A stretch of DNA of 22,715 bases from Chthoniobacteraceae bacterium (GTDB taxonomy: Bacteria > Verrucomicrobiota > Verrucomicrobiia > Chthoniobacterales > Chthoniobacteraceae). Every line of letters starts with the position of its first letter. Within the stretch, counting starts at the first letter, position 1. The translations under genes and the position numbers were made by a program. A model generated the notes under the pieces. It was given only the letters and a program-made list of their open reading frames with translations. It ran no database searches and had not been told where the DNA came from. Of this stretch, positions 8,011-17,700 are shown piece after piece. Where the stretch lies: positions 1 through 22,715 of the forward strand of contig JANNXQ010000082.1 of assembly GCA_031409655.1 (NCBI GenBank), in the 5' to 3' direction.

Positions 8011-9567
8011 CTAGGCGCGATCCTTGAGGAATTGCGCGACCTGCTCGGCGAGCTTCGGACCAATGCCGGAGACGGCGGCGATTTGCTCGACGCTGGCGCG
8101 CTTGAGCCGGGCGACGCTGCCAAATTTCTGCAAGAGCAAAGTGCGCCGGTTTTGGCTCACGCCGGGGCAATCATCGAGAGTGCTCTCGGCGATGCGGCGT
8201 TTCATGAGGAGCTGGTGGTAGCCATTGGCGAAACGGTGCGCTTCGTCGCGGATGCGCTGGAGCAGTTTGAGCGCGCCGCTGTTATGCGAGAGCCGCAAGG
8301 GCATAGGCCGGCCGGGGCGGTGGATTTCCTCGAACTCCTTGGCAAGGCCGATGATCGGGAGTTCGTGCAGACGCAGGCGCTGGAGTTCGCGGCAGGCGGC
8401 ACTGAGCTGGCCTTTGCCGCCATCGACGATGACGAGGTCGGGCAGACGGACGGGGGAAGTTGAGAGCCGCGTCATGGCCTCCGCAGGATCCTCCTGGGAA
8501 TACTCGGCGTCGTCGGGACTTTGCTCACGACCCTCGAGAAGGACGCGCGAGTAGCGGCGCCGCACCACTTCCGCCATGCTGGCGAAGTCGTCCTGCCCGC
8601 TCACAGTCTTGATCCGGTACCGGCGGTATTCGGCATTCGCGGGGCGGCCGTCGATGAAACAGACCATGCTCGCGACGACGTGGGTGGTGGAGATATTCGA
8701 GATGTCGAAGCACTCCATCCGCCGCAGCGGTGCGCCGAGACTCAGCGCTTCGGCGAGAGCGGCGATATCGGCGGCGGGATCGATATTGCTCCCGGTGCTC
8801 AAGCGACCGCGCACGCCGTGGGTGTAGCGGGCCATCGGCTTGGTGGTCTTGCGCAGATCGTCGAGCATGTTGCGCAGCTCGGCGGCGCGCTCGAAATCCA
8901 GCGCGGTGGCGGCTTTCTGCATCTCGGCTTCGAGGCCGGCGAGCAGCTCCTTCGATTGCCCGGCGAAAAATTCGCACGCGAGTTCGACCCGCTCGCGGTA
9001 TTGCTCCACGGTCGTTTCGGCCAGCTTCATGGGCACCTGGTAGGTGGAGCTTTTCAGCTCGCGCGGCGTCGGCGAGCCGCGTCCGAAGGTGAGCACGCCA
9101 AACTTTTTCCGCATGAAAGTGAGGGTCTGCCGGAGGGCGCCGGAGCGGGCGAAAGGGCCGAAATAGCGGTTGCCATCGTCGGGATTCTTGTGGCGCGTGA
9201 GGCGGAAGCGGGGCCACTCATCGCGCAGCTCGACCTTGACGAGCAGGAAGCGTTTGTCGTCGCGGAAGCTGACATTGTAGCGCGGTCGGTACTCTTTGAT
9301 GAGCCGGCCTTCGAGGAGCAGGGCCTCGGGCTCGCTGCCGACGATGTGCCACTCAAAATCGTGGATGGCGTCGAGCAGGGCCATCGTCTTCAGATCGGCG
9401 CGCATGGCCCGCGACGGCGTGAAATACTGGCTGAGCCGCTTGCGGAGATCGCGCGCTTTGCCGACGTAGATCACGCGCTGAAAACGGTCGCGCATCAGGT
9501 AAACGCCGGGCTTGTGCGGGACGTCGCGCAGCTTCGCTTTGAAGTCGGCTTTCTCGGGAGCGGACAT
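8011..9567 (-). CDS. uvrC: Excinuclease ABC subunit C (short form)
   Basis: GIY-YIG domain (PHKPGVYLM..VIYVGKARDLRKRL, EALLLE..LIK..RPRYN), UVR domain (MQKAATALDFERAAELRN), RNase H-like domain (ECFDISN, DDFASM, PDLVIVDGGKGQL, RIRDEAHRFA) and HhH pair (CPGVS, VSGIGPKLA). ATG 9567 chosen. Confidence 0.96.
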   Translation of the reverse strand: MSAPEKADFKAKLRDVPHKPGVYLMRDRFQRVIYVGKARDLRKRLSQYFTPSRAMRADLKTMALLDAIHDFEWHIVGSEPEALLLEGRLIKEYRPRYNVSFRDDKRFLLVKVELRDEWPRFRLTRHKNPDDGNRYFGPFARSGALRQTLTFMRKKFGVLTFGRGSPTPRELKSSTYQVPMKLAETTVEQYRERVELACEFFAGQSKELLAGLEAEMQKAATALDFERAAELRNMLDDLRKTTKPMARYTHGVRGRLSTGSNIDPAADIAALAEALSLGAPLRRMECFDISNISTTHVVASMVCFIDGRPANAEYRRYRIKTVSGQDDFASMAEVVRRRYSRVLLEGREQSPDDAEYSQEDPAEAMTRLSTSPVRLPDLVIVDGGKGQLSAACRELQRLRLHELPIIGLAKEFEEIHRPGRPMPLRLSHNSGALKLLQRIRDEAHRFANGYHQLLMKRRIAESTLDDCPGVSQNRRTLLLQKFGSVARLKRASVEQIAAVSGIGPKLAEQVAQFLKDRA

Positions 9568-9768
9568 GATCGGCGGGAGCCGGCCCTCCGGCGGGGCGTC
9601 AGGCAAGGGGCGCGGGAAAAACGCGGAGACCGGTGCGAGCAGGCGGAAAAGTCATGGCGCGGAGCGTGCCACAGACCGGGGGGAGCGCAAGGGTCGGCGC
9701 GGCGGGTGGTTCGCCCTTTGCTCTAGGAGGAGATTGTCGGCGCGGACCAAATCCGCCCGGCGCTTCCG

Positions 9769-10770
9769 ATGACTCCGCGACTGACGCTCCATCTGCTCCG
9801 CGCACTGTTCGTCACTTTCACGACGTGCGTGGGCTTGCTGTTGAGCACTGACATCTTCCAAAGCGCGATCGCCGGCTGCTTCGCGGGGGCCGCCTTTGGC
9901 CTGCTGATCGTCCTCTTCGATCTCCTGCTGAATGGCGTCTCGCTGCGCGTCTTTTCCTCGGCGACTTTCGGCCTGCTCATCGGCTTCATCTTCACCCAGC
10001 TCCTGCTCGCTTCCAACGTCCTCGCCGCCCTGCCCGGCCAGTGGCAGTGGATGATCGCGCTGGCGGCCTATTCCACCTTTGGCTACCTCGGCATGATGCT
10101 CGCGATCCGCAGCAATCGCGACGAATTCTCCCTCATCATCCCGTATGTCCGGTTTCGCCAAGCCACCATTCAGGACACCCCGTTGCTCATCGATTCAAAT
10201 ATCATCATCGACGGCCGCATCGCCGAAATCTGCGGCTCGGGTTTCCTGAGCAGTTCACTGGTCGTCCCGCGTTTCGTGCTGGATGAATTGCACCGCCTCT
10301 CCGAGTCCAATGATGCGCTAAAACGCGAACGCGGCCGGACGGGTCTCGAACGGCTCGGCCGGATGCAGGCCGATCCGAAGCTGAGCGTCACGATCCATGA
10401 AAGCGACGCCGATCCCGAGACGCCAGTCGATATCCAGTTGGTGAAGCTTTCCGCCATGCTCGACACCCGCCTGCTAACGAACGACGCGACGATCTGCCAG
10501 ATCGCCCGCATGCAAAGCGTCCCGGTCCTGAACCTAAACGACCTCGCCAAAGCCCTCCGCCCAAAACTCGCCACGGGTACGGAGCTCGAGCTCTCGCTCG
10601 TCAAAGAGGGCCGCGACGCCCACCAAGCCGTCGGCTACCTCCCCGACGGGACGATGATCGTGGTCAACCAAGGAAGATCGCAACTTGGGAGGACGGTGCC
10701 CGTGACCATCGCGGGCACCCTGCAAACGAATGGCGGACGAATGTTCTTCGCCGAGCTGAAAACAGCGTAA
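9769..10770 (+). CDS. Membrane-anchored PIN/TRAM domain protein (YacL family)
   Basis: About four N-terminal TM segments. PIN motifs LIDSNIIIDGRI, VPRFVLDELH, RGRTGLERL, LLTND, VLNLNDLAKAL. TRAM motif KEGRDAHQAVGYLPDGTMIVV..LQTNGGRMFFA. Confidence 0.93.
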   Translation: MTPRLTLHLLRALFVTFTTCVGLLLSTDIFQSAIAGCFAGAAFGLLIVLFDLLLNGVSLRVFSSATFGLLIGFIFTQLLLASNVLAALPGQWQWMIALAAYSTFGYLGMMLAIRSNRDEFSLIIPYVRFRQATIQDTPLLIDSNIIIDGRIAEICGSGFLSSSLVVPRFVLDELHRLSESNDALKRERGRTGLERLGRMQADPKLSVTIHESDADPETPVDIQLVKLSAMLDTRLLTNDATICQIARMQSVPVLNLNDLAKALRPKLATGTELELSLVKEGRDAHQAVGYLPDGTMIVVNQGRSQLGRTVPVTIAGTLQTNGGRMFFAELKTA

Positions 10771-10923
10771 AAAATCAGGGATTCTGGATTCCGACCGCTG
10801 GAATTTTAGAAACGCTCTGATCCAAGGCGCCAACTGGCGGCTTGCTACTCTCTCGGTCCCACCGAGTGCCCGGACCGGGATCGATCCGGGAACTCTTTAG
10901 GGGTCGGAGGAAAAGGAAAAGCC

Positions 10924-11157
10924 TTAGAGCTTCCCCTCGAACTCAACCAATCGCTGGAGAGCTTCGAGAAAGTCGCGGAAGGCACCGGAGGGCAACATGA
11001 TGGTGTCGCGCCGCCCGCCTACGTCTTCCGTGATTTTCAGGAAACGTCCCCGCTGATTCTCTTTGAGGTCGAGAAAGAAGATTTTCCGCTCAAAGGCAAC
11101 CTTTTCGGATGCGATCGGTTCGGAACCCATTCTTTCCCCGGGATTATCATTCATCAT
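10924..11157 (-). CDS. PUR-family (PurA/DUF3276-like) single-stranded DNA/RNA-binding protein
   Basis: SEKVAFERKIFFLDLKENQRGRFLKITEDVGGRRDTIMLP..FRDF matches a single PUR repeat. Confidence 0.88.
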   Translation of the reverse strand: MMNDNPGERMGSEPIASEKVAFERKIFFLDLKENQRGRFLKITEDVGGRRDTIMLPSGAFRDFLEALQRLVEFEGKL

Positions 11158-11350
11158 ATACAAACAATTACTGACATTTTCCGCCCAGTCCGAATTGGCC
11201 GAACGGAGGACTGGAGAGTATTTGGGATATTTTACAGGGCAACAGCGAAAATGAGGAAACTTGCGGAAACTCGCGCGTTAAAACCTATCACTCCCTCACT
11301 CCCTCGCACCAGGAGCCCTGGAAGCCGCAGATTCTAGCCGCAAGGTCATC

Positions 11351-12322
11351 TCAGCGCAGGCCGACCGCCTGCCGCACCCGCTCCATCACCTTCCCAGCCA
11401 CGGCTCCCGCCCGCTCCGCGCCATCGGCCAGCACCCGGTCCACGTAGCCGGGATCCGCGGCCAATTCCGTCCGGCGGGCACGATGCGGGGCAAAGTAGCT
11501 CCAAATCGCCTCGAAAAGCCGTGTCTTGAAGACGCCATATCCCAGCCCGCCTGCCCGAAAATCTGCCTCCATCTGCGCCACCTCCGCCGCGGCGGCAAAG
11601 TGTCGGTAGAGCCCGACGATCGCCGAGTTTTCCGGATCTTTCGGCATCTCCACCGGCGTGGAGTCGGTCTTGATCGCCATCACCTTTTTCCGCAGCGCCT
11701 TTTCTTCCTCAAACACCTCGATCGTGTTGCCGTAGCTCTTGCTCATCTTCTGGCCGTCGAGCCCTGGGATGGTCGCCACCTCGGCAAGGATGCTGGCTTC
11801 CGGCACCACGAGGATCTTGCCGTAGAGGGCGTTGATCTTCGCCGCCAAGTCGCGGGTCACTTCCACATGCTGCTTCTGGTCGCGGCCCACGGGGACAAAA
11901 TTACTGTCGAAAATGAGGATGTCCGCCGCCATCAACACGGGATAGGCAAAGAGCCCATGAGAAGGCGTCTTCTCCCGGGTGAGGTGATCCTTATAGGCGT
12001 GGCAATTTTCGAGCATCGGCATCGGCGTCACACACGAGAGCAGCCAGGTGAGCTCCGTCACCGCCGGCACGTCGCTCTGCCGCCAGAGCACCGCCTTCTC
12101 CGGATCGAGCCCGCAAGCCAGGAAGTCCAGCGCCGCACCGCGGGTGAATTCACGCAGTTCCTGCGGGTTCTGCACTGTGGTCAGCGCGTGATAGTCCGCG
12201 ATGAAATAGAACGCGTGCCCGCGCTCTTGCCACTCGATGGCCGGCTTCATCATTCCAAAGTAGTTTCCGATGTGCGGTTTTCCGGTCGGCTTGATGCCGG
12301 AGAGAATGCGTGGCGCGGCCAT
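11351..12322 (-). CDS. trpS: Tryptophan--tRNA ligase
   Basis: ILSGIKPTG-PHIGNY, IADYHALT, WRQSDV, YPVLMAADIL, VPVGRDQKQH, KMSKS. ATG at 12322. Confidence 0.97.
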   Translation of the reverse strand: MAAPRILSGIKPTGKPHIGNYFGMMKPAIEWQERGHAFYFIADYHALTTVQNPQELREFTRGAALDFLACGLDPEKAVLWRQSDVPAVTELTWLLSCVTPMPMLENCHAYKDHLTREKTPSHGLFAYPVLMAADILIFDSNFVPVGRDQKQHVEVTRDLAAKINALYGKILVVPEASILAEVATIPGLDGQKMSKSYGNTIEVFEEEKALRKKVMAIKTDSTPVEMPKDPENSAIVGLYRHFAAAAEVAQMEADFRAGGLGYGVFKTRLFEAIWSYFAPHRARRTELAADPGYVDRVLADGAERAGAVAGKVMERVRQAVGLR

Positions 12323-12348
12323 TTCAGAGATCAGATTGCAGGTTTCAG
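12321..12348. repeat. Degenerate heptamer tandem repeat (RnnnCAG x4) abutting the trpS start
   Basis: ATTTCAG AGATCAG ATTGCAG GTTTCAG. Confidence 0.6.
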
Positions 12349-12413
12349 ATGTGCGGACTCCGCAAACGTGCGCGCCGACAGGGGCGGAGATATCGGTGCG
12401 GAGGCGGGAATCT

Positions 12414-13868
12414 TCAATCCGAATTCCGCGGCAATGGTGCGTAGAGCCACACCGCATCGGGTTGGTGCTGCTCGTTCTTCTTTGGGTCGATGTGGCCACC
12501 ATCGTCCACGCGGTTTTCCCCCACCGAGTAGAGGAGAAAGCTCCCGGCTTCGGTGCGGTGATAGTGATAAGGCGCGCCGGACCACGGATCGAGCGGCAGG
12601 CTCGGGAGAAAGTGAGGCGTCAAGGTGTCGAGCGTCTCGGGATACGCGCCGTGGAGGAGTCGGTGCCGTTCAAGCGCGCAGGCGAGGCGAGCCTGATCGA
12701 TCCGCACGGCGGCGGACGCGTAGGCTTCCCCGACACGCCTGAATACAGGAGCCGAGATACGAAAGAGATAGAAATACATTTGCCCGACCGGGTCGGTAAT
12801 GTGTGCGGGGTCCGAAGGTGGGGGTTCCTTTTCGATCACCGCGCTTCCTCCGCGATCGGCGCGGGCCAGGAGTTCGTCGAAGTATTGATTGTGTCGGAGC
12901 TGATTGTCCCGAATGAGGCGCCGCGGAATCAGGGCGACGGCGGTGGTAAAAGCCGTCGGAAAGGAACCTGGGGTGAGTGGAGTGAAAAGACCGGCGCGCC
13001 GCGAACGAGGGGAGGCAATCAGCGATTCAGCAAACCCGTTGCCGACGCTCCGTTCGCTTCCCAGGGCGAGACGGTAGTCATCCCAAATCCGAATAGCCGC
13101 GAGTTCGCTTTCAATTTTCTGGAGATCAACGTCCGCCCACGCCCGATCCCGCAGACCGTCTCCGACGCCGGCGACCAGAATGCTGAGCACGGAAATCCGC
13201 ACCAGGCCGGAGATTAGAGTCGGTTCCTCGACTATCGCTCGATAGGCCTGCAAGCCGTCGCGGAAGTCTTCCCCCGCCGCAGCCGAATCGCCCAGCGCCA
13301 GATTTGCCCGCATGCGCATCTTGAAGAAAACCGCCGCACCCTGAAGCGCAGAGAAATGATGGAAGGGCATCGCCATCCCGGCCTGGAGATCGAGCGGGAA
13401 ACGCGACCTCGGGCGCGTCCGCCATTCGCGCCACTGAGCAAGTTCCTCGTGCCGACTATCGAGCGCCCGCAGCACGTCACGGATCGCGTCTTCCGTCGTG
13501 TTTTTGAGGAGGCCAGCTTCGAGCAGGTACTTTTGCCACGCCTTCCAGTCGATGCCGTTGCCCTTCAGCGCATCGCCTCTTTCTGGGAGCGGTCGTCCGA
13601 ACCGAAGTTCAAAGGGTTGCGTGCCGTTGGAAAACGCCGCCCGCATGATTGGCAGCGCGGCGAAATTTTCCGCGTCGGGTATCTCTGGCGCCGCAAACTC
13701 CGTGAGCAGGAGCTTCACACCCCGTGCGCGCGCCTGCTCCGCGTAGCGCTGCCAGCGGCGCTCGGCCTGCCAGTTCAGGAATTCGTGCGTCCCCCACAGG
13801 ACCGCCACGAGCCCGAAAGCCCCGGCCATCCACGGATGCCGAATGACCCAGTCTCGCAGCCAGCGCAT
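12414..13868 (-). CDS. Membrane-anchored hypothetical protein with C-terminal GspG/pseudopilin-like motif
   Basis: Single N-terminal hydrophobic segment, P-IPDAENFA motif, EPTLISGLVRIS. C-terminal LACALERHRLLHGAYPETLDTLTP..LPLDPWSGAPYHY..FLLYSVGENRVDDGG. Confidence 0.75.
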   Translation of the reverse strand: MRWLRDWVIRHPWMAGAFGLVAVLWGTHEFLNWQAERRWQRYAEQARARGVKLLLTEFAAPEIPDAENFAALPIMRAAFSNGTQPFELRFGRPLPERGDALKGNGIDWKAWQKYLLEAGLLKNTTEDAIRDVLRALDSRHEELAQWREWRTRPRSRFPLDLQAGMAMPFHHFSALQGAAVFFKMRMRANLALGDSAAAGEDFRDGLQAYRAIVEEPTLISGLVRISVLSILVAGVGDGLRDRAWADVDLQKIESELAAIRIWDDYRLALGSERSVGNGFAESLIASPRSRRAGLFTPLTPGSFPTAFTTAVALIPRRLIRDNQLRHNQYFDELLARADRGGSAVIEKEPPPSDPAHITDPVGQMYFYLFRISAPVFRRVGEAYASAAVRIDQARLACALERHRLLHGAYPETLDTLTPHFLPSLPLDPWSGAPYHYHRTEAGSFLLYSVGENRVDDGGHIDPKKNEQHQPDAVWLYAPLPRNSD

Positions 13869-13877
13869 CTGGCGAGG

Positions 13878-14507
13878 TTACTCCGCAGCCTCTTTGTTCG
13901 CCAGGCGCTCCGCCGCCTTGGCGCGCGCCGTCGTGATCTCTGCTTCATTCAGCGAAAATCCCGTCGTCCCGGACGCCATCAGATTCGTCGTCTCCTGCCG
14001 ATGTTTCAGGCCCAGCGCGTGCCCGATCTCATGCGCAGTCACCCGCGGCAACGGCTCATCCAGCCCGCCGGGCGCCGTGCGCAGCGAAGCGGTGTCCTTC
14101 ACCACGATCGGTTCACCGTAGTAGAACCCATTCGGCCGCACCTCTTTCACATAGCAGACATCGAGCGCCGTCGCGCTCAGCCGCTCCTTCGGAATCATTG
14201 CCTTCACCCGCACAAACTCCGACTGCCCCGCCTCCTCCGGCTTTGCTTCCAGCGCTAGCGTCGGCCCGATAGACTCCACCTCAAACTGAATCCCCGCCTG
14301 CGCCCAGACCGCATTCACCTTCCCAAAAATCCGCCGGATATCCGCCTCCACCAGCGTCGTGTGCATCGCTGGCTGATTCGCTGATTGCATCAAATGCACG
14401 CGCACCGGCAGCGTCAGGACCCTCACCTTCGCTTCGCCGTTCCCCTCTGCGCGAACGGCAGCAGTTTGGGAAAACGCGAGCAGCACTGGGAGGAGGTATT
14501 TCTTCAT
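13878..14507 (-). CDS. Secreted metzincin zinc metalloprotease (matrixin/M10-like)
   Basis: Signal peptide MKKYLLPVLLAFSQTAAVRA, HEIGHALGLKH (14001-14033), Met-turn NLMA. Confidence 0.85.
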   Translation of the reverse strand: MKKYLLPVLLAFSQTAAVRAEGNGEAKVRVLTLPVRVHLMQSANQPAMHTTLVEADIRRIFGKVNAVWAQAGIQFEVESIGPTLALEAKPEEAGQSEFVRVKAMIPKERLSATALDVCYVKEVRPNGFYYGEPIVVKDTASLRTAPGGLDEPLPRVTAHEIGHALGLKHRQETTNLMASGTTGFSLNEAEITTARAKAAERLANKEAAE

Positions 14508-14772
14508 GGAAAGTTCGGCCCGCAGCGAAGGGCGGAGGTTCGCGATACTCTCAGCGCACTGAAAACGCCAGCATCGTCCGAGAACTTTGGTGACAAAGTG
14601 CGCTTACTTCGCGCGCTACTCGTCAAACCACTCTGCTCTGCAGGATCTCGTCACGGCTCCGGGATCACCCGTCTTGACCGGTGCGTTTCCCACCACGCTG
14701 GGGCACTGAGCAGGCCCACCGCCACGAGCGCCCCCGACGGCTCGGGCATCGGATCGAGTTATTCAGAGGCGC

Positions 14773-17700
14773 TCACGGCGCGGTGATACTCACCCGGAAG
14801 AATTGCGCCTTCGCTCCCGATTGCAGGAAGAAGGGGTAAGGCACCGTGACGGCATCCATCTCCGCATCGGACGCGACGACGGTAGGTATGGCGGTGCTCA
14901 CCTCCCACCTGCCAACGCTCATATCCGCACTGAATTCGACCGTGTAAATCAACCCAGCGGCTCCATACTCTTTTCGTCGGCCAAAGAGCGCGCAGAAATC
15001 CACGCCGAACGCGGTATTGGCGATGGTGACGAAGGGCGTGCCACGCGGGGAAATTGCGTTGCCGCTGACGACGATCGCGCCGCCGTCGTTCACATTGGGA
15101 TTTAGCCCGAAGGCCCACTCGGCGAGGTTCACCACGCCATCGGGCTCCAGATCGGAATTGGCGGCGGCGTTGCCGTAGTAGTCGGTGGTGCCAAGGTTCG
15201 CGATCCACCAGATCTGCCTTGGTGAAGCGTTCACGGTGAGAGTGAAGGTGTCGCTGGCACTGACGCTGCCGTCGCTCACAGTGACCGTGATAGTGCAGGT
15301 GCCATATTGATTCGTGGCGGGTGTTACCGTCACGGTTCGGCTCGCGCCGCTGCCTCCCATGGTGATGTTCGTGTTCGGCACGAGCGTTTGATCCGACGAA
15401 GTGCCACTGACGGTCAGTGCGGCGGCACTTGTCTCGACATCGGCGACAGTGAAGGCCTCCGCGTTCGTGGCGCTATTAACGTTGATAGATTGACTCGGGA
15501 TGTCGCTGACCGTGGGGGAGGTATTCGTCGGACCAGTCACCGGAATGAGCAGTGTGGCGTTGGTGCGATTGAAGCGCCCGCCGCTTGAGATATTGGAAGC
15601 GTGTGTGACGCCGGTGAGCACGAGCGTGACTCTGCCGCCCTGCACGTAACTGGCGATGTTTGGAATACTGAAGCTGTAGGCATTCGGATACGCGGTGGGA
15701 ATAAGCACCGGCACGCCGATGGCGGTCGCACCGCCGAGCATCCCATTCGATGCGGTATCATTCGCCTGCGCGGTGTTCCAGGTGATGGCGCTGGTGAAGT
15801 CGGTGTAGCTCTGATTCAACGCCCAGAACTGGACGTTCTGGAGAAAGCTATTCGTGAAGTTGATCGTGAAGGTCGCAGTCCCAGAGCTGTTCACGGACAG
15901 CGCACTGACATCGAACTGGAAATAGGACTTCCGCGCCGAGGTGAGTGCCGCGTTGTATTTGGTGGCGACGTAACCCTGAGTCGCCTCGTCGATGTCTGTC
16001 GTGGGTTGCCCACTGTCCACCGTTGCGGCAGCGGAGACGGATACGCTGGTCGTCGAGCCCGCGGTGACCGTCACGTTCACCGTCGCGGTATCGGTGCCGC
16101 CCTGGCCATCGGTGATGGTGTAGGTGAAACTGTCGCTGCCGGTGAAGCCGACGTTCGGCGTGTAAGTCACGGTGGTGCCCGTGTTCGTGACGCCGCCGTT
16201 TGCGCCTTGGGTGACGCTTTGCACCGCGAGCGTGCCGCCATCGCTGTCGCTGTCGTTGGTGAGCACGTTCACCATGACGGCGATGGCGGGCGTCGTGGTG
16301 GCGGTGTCGTTCACCGCAACCGGCGGGACATTGGTGCCGCCGCCACCGGTCGCGGTCAGCCGTGCGGCGGTGCTCAGCAGGGAACCGACGCTGTTCGTCA
16401 CGACCACGTCGTAGTAGCCAGCCGCGAGTGACGAAGCCGCGACCGCGTTTGTGGCGGAGGTCGCGCCGGAGATGTTCGCGCCATCTTTGCGCCATTGAAA
16501 GGTCGGCGCGGGCGTTCCGGCGGCCTGCACGCTGAAGGTGACCGTGGCCCCCTCATTGGCGATGGCACTCACCGGCTCCTGGTTGATTGCCGGACGCCGC
16601 GTGGTATCGACCAGATACTTTTCCAGGAAGCCGATCGTCTCCGGCCGCACATCGATCGGATTGGGAAATCCGGCTGCGACTCGGCTCGTGTCATAAAGGC
16701 CAAACGAATGTTCGCCGCCGGGAACTTGCAGGTAATTCTCCAGCTCCGCGCCCACGCTCCGCTGCATCTGGTAAGTGCTCTCCGTCTGACTCTGCCACAC
16801 ATCATCATCCGCCGAACCATGCACCACCATCATGGGAGCGGCGTTGGGATTCGGATAACGGATCGGCGATGCTCGCCGATAGAGCGTGCGATTGTTCCAG
16901 GCCGTGAAATCCAGAAACTGATTCATCTGGTGATAGTTTGGCAGGTCCGCCGCGCCGTAAAAAACGGCGGAGCACTGCACCGCGGTCGAGTAAGTGTCGT
17001 ATGAGTTCCCACGGTCGGGCGGTTCGACCTTGAGCGAAGACGAAGTGACGCCCACATCGTCGGCCGGCCCGGTCATGGCGAGCATCGAGCCCATGTTGCA
17101 GCCCCAGGAGAATCCCACGACGCCAATCTTGTTCTTGTCGATCGCGTAAGTGCCGGCATCCGCTTTCTGTTTGAGCCAGCGGACGGCCTGCTTCGCGTCC
17201 CACACGTTGTAAGGCCAGCACTGCACCGTCGAAGACGACATCGCGTAGTTGATGGCGATGACGAACCACCCGCGCGCCGCGAGCTCCTGTGCGGCTTCGA
17301 CCTCACGCGTGTCCTGTTTGTCACCGTTGTTTCCGCCACCACCGTGGATCACGATCACCGCGGGGACATCCGGCGAACTCGGCGTCAGCGTCGAGGGATA
17401 ATACAGATCGCCCAGCGTGCCGCCGCTCGCCGCTTCGAGTTGCGAGATGCCCGTGCTGTAGGAGGCAAAGCTCACGTCGTTCACGTTCGTCACCGTGGCC
17501 CGCGCATAGATGTTCACCTTCGCGGGCAGGCTGGTCACGCTGCCGCCCGCCGTGCTCACGACGACATCGTAATTGCCCTCGGCGGTGCTGTTCACGTTGG
17601 TCGCCGTATAGGTCGCACTCGTCGCGCCGGAGATGTTCACTCCGTCTTTCCTCCACTGGTAAGTGAGCGAGGCCGAGCCTTTCGCTCCCACCGAGAGCGT

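Noticed and set aside
9769..10770. PIN protein as a toxin-antitoxin or defence toxin
   Set aside because: The TM-PIN-TRAM architecture is the conserved YacL family, and no antitoxin gene is adjacent.
11288..11303. Direct repeat TCACTCCC x2
   Set aside because: Too short and isolated to interpret.
12323..12413. T-box or attenuator upstream of trpS
   Set aside because: The gap is only about 90 bp, with no T-box consensus or Trp-rich leader peptide.
14584..14599. Palindrome ACTTTG-GTGA-CAAAGT upstream of the metzincin gene
   Set aside because: A single 6-bp-arm palindrome with no second copy noticed; could be chance.
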